Assembly: GCA_907165135.1 (NCBI GenBank)
Contig: OU015567.1
Location: 13,206,001-13,270,000 of the forward strand
Direction of reading: 5' to 3'
Length of the DNA: 64,000 nucleotides
DNA from: Oikopleura dioica
Taxonomy: Eukaryota; Animalia; Chordata
Within the stretch, counting starts at the first letter, position 1. Every line of letters starts with the position of its first letter. Positions 1-12,300 of the stretch are shown here, in pieces. A program made the translations under genes and the position numbers. Below the pieces are notes generated by a model. It was given only the letters and a program-made list of their open reading frames with translations, was not told the origin of the DNA and did no database searches.

Positions 1-189
1 GTGAGTTTGTTGCAAAAACACGCAACTGATTTCAATCGACACGGACTGCGCAACAATGACACTCAACAATTTTATTTCAAAGCGTAATTTTTCTTTTTAC
101 CTGAAACAAGACTCAAATAAAGAGGCTGAATTTTATTATAATTTTGTCCAAAAATGCTCCCTTTATAATATAAAATCTTCAAAAAGATG

Positions 190-1455
190 AAGTTATCTTA
201 AGCCAAAAATTTCGGATGCTTTAGAGACGAATTTCGATTAGAAGTTTTGACAAAATTCTAGAGGGAAATTTACGAAAAGGAGGAGACGCCGTGGAAAGGA
301 TGAAGGGCGCTTGTTTTTCATGACAACTCCTTATTACAAATCCACTTGTCCAAAAAGTGCAATCTTGCAATCTTGCAAAGGCGTAAAGAAATATCCTCAA
401 AAAGCATTAAAAAAGGCTTGAATATTAATCAAAGGGCTTATTTTCTTTTGGCACCACTTTCCTTACAGACACATCTGGACGTCTTTATCCTTGGTTTGTG
501 TTTATTTATACATTGTAGTCGGCAGGTTCCTGGGTTTTCTACATTGTCGCACATCAAAAGTACTTTTTTACTGTTTTTAAAGATGTTGCTAAATGCTTGA
601 GAAGCAAAAAATGTCGAGAGTTACGAACGGGTTGACGTTAACTTTCAGATGTCCTTCCGCTTTTGCCAATCAGTCAGTTTAAAATGTGATTGATTCATCC
701 ACGTTTGAGTACTCGGGCAATGGGGATATTGATGATTTGCGTCTGAGACTCTGAGACCTCGAAAATATGCGAAACTTTTATTTAATAAACCTAGTTTCGC
801 ATGTTTTTCGATGATAAAACTACAAAGAAAGGCTAATTGAGGTCGATTTTACAGATTAATCTCACAACAAATGTTGCTAGAACAAATTGAAGCAACAAAT
901 AGTTGTTGAATTCTGTATATGGTTTGTTTGAATAGAACACGATAAAAACAGAAAACATCGATCCCAAGCATTCTATTGAGAAGTAGCTCTATTTATAGCT
1001 TCAACGCGCAATCGTTTTAAACCAAAATAAATATGAAATAATTCGAACTAGACGCCTGGCACAAATTTTCTAAAATTTAATCTCAGACTTAGAATTCTCG
1101 ATCTCTCGAACTCCGACTTGCCCAATCTGCAAATTTTAGCAGTAGAGTAATCAAAGAATGACACCATATCTTTTCTTCGAGAAATGGTTGATCAGAAATA
1201 TGAAAAAGACCTTATTCTTGTTCGATATTGAAAAAAATACATAAAGTTTATCCACGACTCAATCAATTATCTCGTTCCCTTGCATATGTGTTCTAAACAT
1301 TCCCCCTCAAATATTTGAAAAACGGTTCCTTGATCATGTAAACCAGCTTTAACGAGTTCGCTTCCGAAATCGTCACAAGCTCCTGCTTGCGTCTTCCAGT
1401 GCTGATCTCTTTTTCTGGCCACGCAAGTAGCCACCAGCGCGGAAAAGATCCGCAT
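190..1455 (-). CDS. Possible multi-exon secreted Cys-containing protein of unknown family (boundaries poorly resolved)
   Basis: ORF 1267-1455 starts with a signal-peptide-like MRIFSALVATCVA. Further open minus-strand segments lie at ~610-770 (GLRVSDANHQYPHCPSTQTW...) and ~480-570 (MCDNVENPGTCRLQC), separated by intron-like GT..AG stretches. No family recognised. Confidence 0.3.
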
Positions 1456-4260
1456 TATGTTGTGTTATTTCTCTTTTTTGTTGTTGTTGAAAAGCTTCTT
1501 CTTTTCGTTAATCTCTTTCTCTTCGTTGATTTCAAAAAATCAAATAAAAAAAATCGACTGTTGTGTTATTTACAAGTGGCTCTGTCTATTACAAGAGTAC
1601 CATGTATCAGAAGATAGGACTTCAATCGACCAAAAACTCCAGCGCCCACTCCTCGATCGTGAAAACGCAAGCGCGCGCCGCCTCACCGTCGCCACCTATC
1701 GCAAACTTACGAACCCAGCGCCATGGAGCAGCGAAATCCGCTACTCCTTCGCCGCGAATCGTCAATCGGGCAGGAGTTAACGGTCAAAATTCAATGTCAA
1801 TAATAAGCTAATAGTCAGTAACTTCGAACTTTACCCGAATATTTTCCTGAAGCTAGCGTTTTTTTTAATTACTGATGAAATGCTATCATACTGTATGTTT
1901 TCTGATACCAAGTTCATTGTAGACTACAATTTGTAGTCCCTTAGTCTGATTTTTTTCTATCGATTTATCAAAGAAAGGGTCTAATTTTGTGCTTGGTTCC
2001 GGAAGTTCCTTATCTAATCAAAAAGTACCAAAGTTGTTGTCTCTTGTTTCTCGTGTCATATTCACAATTTAACTTATCGTAATCGAAAAAGATAAAGATA
2101 AAGCATCGGGAGTATTTTTCAAATCCGAGAATTTCAAAAACGAAGTTCCATATTTTTTAGTTCTTCGTTTAAACTTAGAATAGGATAATTGTCGACTCGC
2201 TATTCTAGCTTGTCTTAGCTTGAATATGTCGATGGAATGGTAAATGCAGTGAAGAAATTCTCAAATACGCGTTTGGTCCTTAGAAACTCGCAACCAACAC
2301 CTTTTGCGTTTCTCAGCTCCCCGACTCTCCGGAGAAATACCCGATCAAGGGAGAAAAAGTGCCATGTAGAGCGCGCACCTTCAAATTTTTGACATGACTT
2401 TTTGGTGGTCAATCAAAAACCTCAATAAAATTTACAAATTTAATCCTTCACTTGCCCACGTGTTTGAAAATTCTCATGCAACAACAGTAGCTTAGCTAAC
2501 TGAAGCTAGAATTTTTCTCTAGAAAATTGAGAAAAATTTTGCAATTTTGAAAATTTTGCATGCAAAGGAGCTTTTTCTCTAGAAAATCTGTTGTTGTCAG
2601 GGGCAAGATCGTATAATCATCAGTCCTCCGACTTCAAGAGTCCGTCAAAGAGGTTTTTCAAGGTAAGATTTTAATTTCAACGCAAAAAAGCGACTGAGAA
2701 TTCAGAAAAATTGAGATACCGGCGAGGTGACTCCGAGCGACGCTTCAACCTCAACGAAGAAGAGCCAATAATTGGAGTAACGGGCTACTTCAAGCGAAAG
2801 GGATTGTCCCTTCTAGGTGACAACAATGGCCATCGGAAAGCCGATGTAGAACCGATAAAGAACCGATAATCGGACATGGAGATCAAACTTCCTGAATAAA
2901 ATCAATTTTTGAAAACAACTTTATCTCTTTTTGTTTCTTTCTTCGCAGGTTCGGTTAGCTTAGATCAAGTACAGAGAGTGAGTTGTAGTAGAATTTCTAC
3001 ATTAAGTGGGAAGTGAAGTTGAAGGGGCGGTATTCAGAATACCGTATTCAGATGGGCGTGAAAGAAAAATGACAGACCCTACTGTAGGTGCAAACCGTTT
3101 AGATCGTAATTAAAAGGCGCTTTCTAAGGGCGTCTTCAGTTTACTTGTGTTTTTTGGCCAAACAACTATTTGTCATCGTAAGTTTATATCGCTTCTCATT
3201 TTTTGTATACTTCCAAAACAGCTCGTTTCCAAAAGAATCCAAATTGGATTTAAAGTTTATCCTGGCCTGAGAATTTCCTGATTCCATTTCACGAGAAAAA
3301 AAAATTGATTTCAAAAATATTTTTGTCAGAGCATTTTTTCCACAACGACTTGGCTCTTTTGTGGCCACGCGTTACGCTACTTTTTGGCACCTCACGGGTA
3401 GATAATGGTTATTAGGGGACAGGTAAATTGGATCCGCGGCGTATATCGCGCCAGCTGATCGAAAGCCTCTAACGGACGCAAATTAATTTTGAACTTATTG
3501 AAGGTTTTTTTCGACAAAGTTTTCTTTGAAGATTCTTGCAATAGTAATCTAATAGTTTGTTTTTGTCCAAATAACCCTTCTTCTTGGCTTTGAAAGCCAC
3601 CTCTCCCCGGATTTTCGAATCGAAGAAACAGTTAGTGCTTCCACTGGAAAATAAACTTGGCCAAAAAACGTGGCATTGAAACAAGTACTGGAAATTTTCG
3701 CTTTGAAACACGTGAGCCGTCTTTTTCGCAAGAAAAACTTCCCCCGCGCGATCAATTCAAAATAGAACTCATTATCAAAACCGCCACAACGGATGGTCGA
3801 TCCACAAAGAAGGGATGAAATAGATGTCAGCCCTTTTTTTGAGAAATCAACAGTAGTAGCTTGTTGGGATAAATTCTAAAATACCAACAAAACAAAGAAT
3901 TTTTCGGATAAAATACCAGCGGCTTATTTGAAAAGAAGACAATTCAAAAATTGAAGATCTCTATGAACCGACCGCCCTGGTCAATGGTTAGGCATTCCAA
4001 ACGTGGCCGGCCATTTCCGATAAATAGCGGTTAAGGGATTCCCCACACGTTTCACTTTTTGAACGAAAAAAAATCGTTTCCGTTTTGCTTCAATCCTTTC
4101 GAATCTTTCAATCTGTCTGGGAATTGAGGGAAATTCTCTCAAGGGCCGAAGCCGGAAGAAGACAAACTTCGTTCTGTTGACAACTTGACAACGCAACGTC
4201 TCGAAATTTAATTTCCAGCGATAATATGCGCATACGATAAAACTTACAAAATATCTATAA

Positions 4261-4477
4261 CTGGGCTCGGTAACCTCAGTAAAAACCTTAGTCAGGCTCT
4301 GAAAAAGCCGAAATGAAAAGCCGCGTAGCAGCTTTTTTTAAACGATAATCAATATTGGTAAAAAAGGTATACTTGCAAAGCCGCCTTGCGGCTTCGTTTT
4401 TCAAAAAGCCGCTACGGCTTTTCATTTGAGATTTCTAAAAGCCTGACTCAGGTTTTTACTCAGGTTGCCGAGCCCAG
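4261..4477. mobile_element. MITE (217 bp) with ~80-bp imperfect TIRs and perfect 8-bp TSD
   Basis: Left end ctgggctcggtaacctcagtaaaaacc matches the reverse complement of right end ggtttttactcaggttgccgagcccag. The sequence atctataa flanks both sides (4253-4260 and 4478-4485). Confidence 0.85.
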
Positions 4478-6349
4478 ATCTATAATAGGAGGCTAGAAAA
4501 TGACTGTATTTTCACTTCTCCTGAAGCGAAGTGTTCGTTCTTGCCCGGGAAGGAAAAATGAGCAGTTATATCATTTCCGAATGTTCCATAAATTGATATT
4601 TTCATTCTCTCGCTTATCTCGTCTACGACTGAATACCGTTACTCCTGGAGAGGTCTGCTCTGAGCAGTAACTTCTGGACGATCAAAAATGCAAACGTGAA
4701 AAACTTATGTAACTCTTACAAACCACGAGCGGCATTATAAGTAGCCGCAAAGCGCGGCTAATTACGCTTTTGTTCGCTCGACTCGAAAAAATGAACTTTG
4801 CGGGTGAATTCTTTTTCGCGAGAAAGAAACAAATTAACGGGTTATTCTACGTGAATCAGGAATTCTTGAGATAGAAGATTGGCGAATCAGTTACAGTTAG
4901 CCGCGTGAATTTACGAATTCAGTTCGAAAAGACCGGCCGCCCGGAAAAATTGAGAAAAATTTAATTTTCACTAGAAAATTCTCAAGAATTTTTTTTTGAA
5001 AAATTCGAAGGAAAGATTGATTTTAGCGTGAAATAATTTATCTCTGGTGTCAACACGACTTTCCACAAACGTGAATTTTGGGATAAACGGTGCAAATTGA
5101 TGTTATAGGCGGGGTTAATCATTTAAAATAAAAAGAATTTCACCAGTTACGCAGTGTTTTTGCCTTGGCCAGACTTTTTCGTATCTGCTAAATAAACAGG
5201 AAAGAGCTTCTAAACGTGACGGTCCGTAATTAAGATTAAATCATAATATTGCCCAAAAAAGCGGAAAGAAAAAGCTACAGGTAGGTCAAACTAACCCTTC
5301 AGAGAACAAGCAAGCCCACAGAGAACTTTCTCCTGGAAGTTTCTCCTTGAAAGAGTCGCGAAAATCGAGTTAACAGATTGCGCAACTAAAATTGCTTCCT
5401 TACCAAGCATTTTTTTTTTCGTTTGTCTAATCGTAACAATCGTTTTTTGAATTAATTATCCAAAATAATTTTCCCGTAATCCGCTTTGTTTTGAGGCTTC
5501 GACTCGAGCCACGATGGCTTGTAGAATAGAATGTACCCCGTCAGCTTTCAATTTCAGAACTTCCTCATTCAAGAGAAAACTTCCCATTTTTACTTGATAG
5601 GAAGGTAACGTGCGTTGGTTGGAGCTGCTTGTGTATAAAATAGTTAGAAAGTGTGATCTAGCGGCGTTTTTCTGGGCTATCTTCGGGTTGATATTCACAC
5701 CGCAGTGTCATCTTATTTAGCGCCCGAAACGGATCAATCAGGGGAGCGTGATGAGCTCTAAAATGAACCTCTTTTCTTGCTCAAGAAAAATTGCCGCAAC
5801 GGTCATGTGGACTCAAATTGACATGTTCAACTCGTCATTCGACACTTCTTTAACTAATATTTAACATCTTTTTTCATAAAGAAAATTTTCAAAAAATTTT
5901 TTTTTATCAGAAAGAGATTTTTTAACGAATAAAAAACCTTATTCTGTTTCTCGTGGCGAGAATCAGAATTTCTGACAAAATGTGCACGCGAGTGTTGCAC
6001 CGCCTGTTGCATTTATTGCATCACGTGGTTTCCAAAAAATCGAATTTTCGAAAATTTAGAAGTCAAAAAAAGTCTTTACCAATTTTAGGAAAAGTCCCTT
6101 CAAAAAAGACTCGTGCCTCACGGTGCATCTCCTCGGCGAATTGGTAGTGCTTATCGCCTTCTTATAAGTTTATCGCTTATTTTGTGACGAAATCGCAAAG
6201 TGGATTTTCATGTCCGCAAAGAGTTCTACCCGTTTAGCCGAAAATTATCGCCGAAATTATTTTTCCCTAAACAACGACTGCACAAAACAACAAAACAAAG
6301 CAATACACTGTACGTTTTAGTAACTTTAATTACTTATTATTAGCATTGA

Positions 6350-9300
6350 AGAAATCGCTTGAGTTTATGATGGAAGGTTCCTTTCAGCGCTTTCTTGCCC
6401 AAGTCCAGCTTCTGAAGAAAAAAATATCAAAACCAAGTTTTTCAAAAAAAAAATACCTGTTTGGGCCACAAAAATCCGGCTTTGCGACATTTGAAAGAAG
6501 TAATATGGATGAAATCAATCAAAATCTCATGAATCCGTCCAACATAAGAGCACAAGTTCTCCTCAAGCCAACTTTGAGAATCGAATTTTGATGGAGAAGC
6601 TTTTTTTCGGATTTTTGAAAAAGATCGAGTTTGAAAAAAATGATGTTGAAAAATGTTAAGGAAAAAAAGTTTCGTAAACTGTAAATCCGCTGTCGGATTT
6701 GCTAATGAGCTGTCAACGCCGAAAAAAGTTCACGAATCGGAGCTTTTCTAAAAAACTTGCTCTAAAAATCCATTTCCTTTTAGATCATCCTCGATTTCGA
6801 TCGTCAAAAGATCGACTTCGGCCACGGCTTTGTTTTGCGTTTGAATATTTTGAACTATGATCGCCTCCTGTTCTGAAGAGGGCAATAAGACCCTCTCTAT
6901 CCAGACACAGTGATAAGCAATATAGGGACACTTGTGATAAATTTCTTTACGAAGAGACTTTCCAAAAACAAGCTTGATCAAACACGTTCCTAAACGCAAT
7001 TCGCTTTCGTAACGGCTAGTAGCCAAGGTCACCGATTGTTGACTGCAGCGTTTCCTGAAAAAAAATTTTCACCGACATTTATGAACAAACAATTATAAGC
7101 AGCAGAGATTGATAGCATCAGTGACCTGTCTGCTTGTAACTGACGCATTAGTCGTTTGATAAAAACAGTTAGTACAGCATAATTACGCTCACTTACATAG
7201 ATGAACTCTTTGGCCCGTGAACTTCCGCCATTTTAGTCAGCTTCCACTGATAACGCGCTATCATGTGGGCCCGGGAGAATCTAAGCATGCAAAAAATGAA
7301 AAGCGATCCCGTAATGCACAAATAATTATTACCTCTTGATGAGTGAGCTTTTGAAGCTCTCTGAAAGAACATGAGAGTGGTAAATGCGGAAGAAAACGTT
7401 GTCTAGCGCTCTTATTCCAGGATTTCTTATTTCAACTTCGATCCAATCAGAGAGCGAGATTAATCCTTAAAGCGCCACCTATGCGTACTTGACTTGAAAA
7501 TTGAAAATAAGTTTTTCTCAAGAAATCCTTAAAAGCGTCAGTGGCTGAGTTCGTCGACAACCAACGCCATAATCTTTGAATCCATATCTGCACAAGCACT
7601 GAGCCCCAACTGGTTCAGCGTTGACATCTGCGCATGAAATTCCATCTGATGGGTCGAAAGAATTGTCCGTCTTCAAACTTTCTTCCACGGCTACTTCTGG
7701 GTCGGACTCAGATTCGACCTGGTAGCCATTTTCGTCGAGCAAGAGGTTGAATCGTTCCAAGAAATCCTCAAATCAGTAAGAACTTGGTGATATAAGAGGA
7801 AAGGTTACCGAGACATTGAGTAATCTCAAGCTCTGAATTTTATCCTTTTCGAGCTTTTCCTCGAGGTAGATTTCCGATTCGATATGATAGTCTTCAATAT
7901 TCGACAGGTCAGCTGTTCTTCGTCGTCTTGCAGTTGTTGGTTGGACGTTGATCATGATGTTATAACTATTAATTGTGTTAGAATCTGATAATTTACGAGG
8001 AGTTAATAATGTTCAGGCGCTAGAGTATAATCCTTACGAGGAAGGGGGGGAAGTTTGGTGGGTATCGTAAATTCAAACATTTTTTAATATAAATTAATAA
8101 GGAATTTTCCTTTTTTATGGTCTTCAATTTGTTACTTTACCTGCCCAGATAAGAACCAATACTTTCCAGAGCATCGCGTATTCCCGACGTAATCATGTCT
8201 AAACACCTTTTTAGAACCTTTTTGTGTCAATACAATTCCTGAAGTGAGCAATATACATCGGCGTTAATTGTCTGATAAGTTTTTAGAACTCCAAAGTCGT
8301 GGGAACGCTCAAACGCACCGGCAGAAGAAAGTAACTCGAAGAAAAACTCATTACTGAGTTCCTCTTATCGCGTGCGCAATGAGAGCGGGTGGTTAAAACG
8401 TGGCTCGAGAAAGAAGGTACTGTATCGTACTATTTACTGTCTTGCAGTCATTTTTAGAGGGGGCAGTAATTACTTGAATTCATGTCCTTGATGATAACTA
8501 ATTTTCCTCTTGAGGTCTTATTCATGATTGTTACGTAGACTCGAGATACGGACAACGCTGGTCCAAGATTGTCAATTAGGAACCCGAAAAATCCGCCATT
8601 TGCTCAGATTGGAATTGGATCTCTAATAGAAGCTTGAACTTGTCGTTTTACTCACCAAATAGAATACATGTGAAAAAACTGATAAGAGAAGATAACATAC
8701 ATACCTATATTATCATCAGTTGAAGAATTGTACGTCGCGTTGGTGGAGAAACTGACCGTCAGGTCAAAGGACATGGTCACGTTATTAGTAACGATGGCGA
8801 AACAGCTCGACGCCGCGTTGCAAGACTAAAAAGAGTTTATCACGATAAAAAATGTCAAACCGCCGTCCAATTCTGTAAGAAAGAAAAACACCCACCGCAA
8901 GCTGTATTGGACAGAATTAAATTAAATAAACTTCTCTCCCGCTCTTATCGCGCAAAAGTTCAAACGCTCGGAATTTTATACCTCCGCGCTCCTACCTCAG
9001 TTACAGTTCGTGTCGAGCCGACTCCGCAGTTGTCCGTGTTGCAGACTTGGGTGCGAGTTCGAACTCCGCCATATCTTTTCAGGGGCTAGAAAGAAGCCCC
9101 TTTTGAGGGTGGTTTTCTACATTGAATAGAAATATCTAGCCCTTTCCCCACAAGAAACAGAACACGTGGACCAGCTTTCATTATCGACAAAAGTCTAAAT
9201 AGAAAAATAAATGAAGAAGACATTGATAATATTATTTTGCGTTACCCAATCCACGACAGACTCATTTGAGAATCCAGCTGTTGTGAAATTATCAGAAAGT

Positions 9301-12300
9301 GCGGTCGTCATCGAAATTTCTGTTGTTTCTAAAATAAATGAAAAACACGTTCCAAAATGGAAATCGTACGAGCATGAGTAGTAAAAGCAGCTGTAAGAGG
9401 CTCTGTTTGCGTTAGAAGAGATTCGGCAGAGGTTGTTGGCTCAAGCTCTTCTGGTTGAGTACCGTTGCTTATGAAAACTTCGGTCGTGAAAGTCGTGGCT
9501 TCATTTTCCTCGGTTGTTGCAATTTCGCTAAATTTCAATTGAAATTTGCGACAAGCAAAAATGAGTTGTAATGAACTTAAAAATTTTGCATGGTGATCTA
9601 TCGGCAATCGCGTTCGCAAATCACGGGTCTTAGCGTAAAACAATTATGAAATGCGGGCGTCATTACAAAACCAAAATGCTATTGTGTCTGATTCAGAGGT
9701 GGTGGGATTTTGTGGAGCGGTAATCCTACCTGGCGGTTGTTGCTTTTTCTGAACTTGCCGTTGATCCTGACCATGTGCTCGTAACGAGGTTTTCGGTGAC
9801 CGTCCAATCTAATCAAATTTCACATTTCAGCGCAATTGAATATTGTTTTTATCAAGTTATCAGCATTTGTTATTTTATCAGTACCTATTGGAAGTGCTGT
9901 AGTAATCAACTCAGAAGTCGTCGCAATAATCTCCTCACTAGTAACAAAGGAGTGCGTTGTGACTAGAGTGTCGGCGACTGTAGCGCTGGACGGTAAAGGT
10001 GTTGTAACTAACAATTCGTCGCCATCTGTGCTTGTTTGTTCTAACAATTTATTTTAGAAATTAATCTTAAAAAAGAAAATGTCTTCTCACCATATTGGGA
10101 TGTCGTTTCTAAACCAGCGATGACTGTTACAGTAGTGTGATCAATAAGACTAGTTGATTCTTGGGTTGAATGTTTTGTTGTTGAAGGAAGAGAAGTTTGG
10201 TCGCTTGTGATTTCTGCTGACGCAACTGCCGCCTCAGTGAAAACATCCGACGTTATTGTTCCGGGCGACGTAAAATCAAAAAGAGGATCATCCACAGAGC
10301 TCGTTCCCGAAACAGAGCCTGCCTTGGAGTCTCAAAAAATCGACCGACTCAAAGAGATAGTTTTCTCAGACAAGATCAACCCTGACGTACTCAGACGTGG
10401 ACGAAAGATACTTAAGGGGGAGGTCGACGAGAATCGGGATTTCTGTAACCAAAAATCCGGAAAAACCTGCTTAGATAGGCAAATTCTGACTTTTCAGGTG
10501 GATAGAAAAGTGTTTCAAAAATACAGCGGCGAAAACTAGAAAAAAAATTTTTTCGAAAAAATTTTCAAAAAATTGGGTCAAAGTGGGGGTTACTCGTAAC
10601 CAAAAAATCTCAAAAACGGGATTTTTTTTTCTTCGTCAAATTAAATAAATAGTAAGTTGAAACCCTTAAAAATACAGCGGCGACAATATAAAACGGGCTG
10701 CTTTTATTTAAAAATTTTTTTCTTTTCACTAAAAATATGCGATTTTCCTTAAAATCGTCATTTTTGCTCATTTTTCACGGAGAATTTTACCAAAAGCGCC
10801 GAGACTCGGAATTTTTTACTGGTAATGATAAGAATACCATTTAAAAACAATACCTAGTAAATAAAAATCGGATTAAGATTGTTTTTGGGTGAAATAACCA
10901 ACTTTAAAATATCGTAAAATCTCGAATTCCAGACACAAAATCGAAAATTTTGGTAAAAAAAGTTAATCAATGCCCAAAAAGCTGGAGACCAAAAATTTTC
11001 CTTTTTTATTAAGGAATCCAAAAATATAACTAAAATTTTGAAAAAGCGAAAAAATTTTTCTCGTCGACCCCCTCCTTAATGAACCTGTTTCAAACTTCGA
11101 TCGGCTAAAAAGTTGAGGAGACTTTTCCTTTTAAATGGTTCGCTAATAGTTTCCGTGAATTTAAGTCACTTCAGCTATAATTATGCATATTTATGAACCA
11201 ATTGCCTAAATTTAAATCGTCCCAAACAGTTGGCAAGTCGGTAAACCCTTGCGTTGTTGAAACTGGACCGGCTGCGGCCGGAGAAGTTGACGCTTCCGAA
11301 AATTGAAGGGTCGATCCAGTGGTCGCCGTTTGCGTGAAACTCTCACCCGCAGTTGTCTCATCAATTGGAACGTGGCTGTCACTTGTGAACACGTCGTTCG
11401 ACATCGCGATTGTTGAGTCCTCCAAAGCCAACGCCGCGGATGTTGCATATTCAGCGACAGTTACTTACAAGGGCGTTCAAATAACTTTCTCGGAACTTAA
11501 GTGTGTCTCAAGTAAATTGGAGTTTTCAAAGTTATGAGAAGAAAGGAATGATATCGCGTTCCTGTTTCTTCTTTGTACACCTCTCCATCTGTCGAACTTT
11601 CAGTGAAAGCTTCATTATCACCAACGCTTTCTGTTACAAAATCTTCATTGACAGCGCTCTCTGTTATCATATCCATAGAAGCATCTGTTACTGTAAGTAC
11701 TTCTGTCACAGAAATAAACTCTTCCTCAAAATCGGTAAAGCTTTCGGTAAAATCATCAATTTCATCGATTGAAATCGGTTCTGTTGCATCACCATCAAAA
11801 TATGCGTCAGTAACCGTTTCCGTATAATCTATTGGCTCTTCCGGTGCGGTAAAGTTTTCGGAACTCAGGTCATTCTCGCCCACCGTGGTCACCAGCAATC
11901 CTTCCGTTTCCGCATTTGTTGGGGCTGATTCGCGGGATTCACATTTTATATAATTCTGAGTGATATAAATTGAAAATGAATCGTCCCGTTTCTAACGTGC
12001 TGGATGGGTAGGTGTTATCTGCAGTTGTGTGCGGTATTGTATCAGTTTGCTCAGGCGTCGCACTTGGCACGTCGGTGAATATAGAGTTCGGCCCAGTTGT
12101 TGCTTCGTCACTTTCCATTTTTATTGAAGTCACTTCAGCAGTTTGAGTTTCAGCGCTCGTAATTTCTTCGGTGAAATAGTCCGTTACACTTTCTGTTTCT
12201 GATTCCAGCGTTGAAGCGGCAAGAGTCGACGTTATTCCTGAAGTGAATGCATATTCTTCTGTTGTCTGACTGGAGTAAGAATCACTTAACGAAGCCATTT

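Noticed and set aside
1457-1811. Overlapping GC-richer ORFs (107 and 82 aa)
   Set aside because: No recognisable domain or splice context, and the coding frame cannot be chosen from sequence alone.
7767-7808. In-frame TGA at 7773-7775 between two ORFs, suggesting a pseudogene or selenocysteine readthrough
   Set aside because: It lies within a 42-nt GT-AG intron (gtaacc...ctgatttgag) whose removal gives NVS|DFLERF. The apparent frameshift near 9730 is likewise resolved by a GT-AG intron.
9050-9075. GTTCGAAC motif resembling a tRNA T-loop
   Set aside because: No cloverleaf or A-box; it is the antisense of the TSP1-coding exon (GGVRTRTQ).
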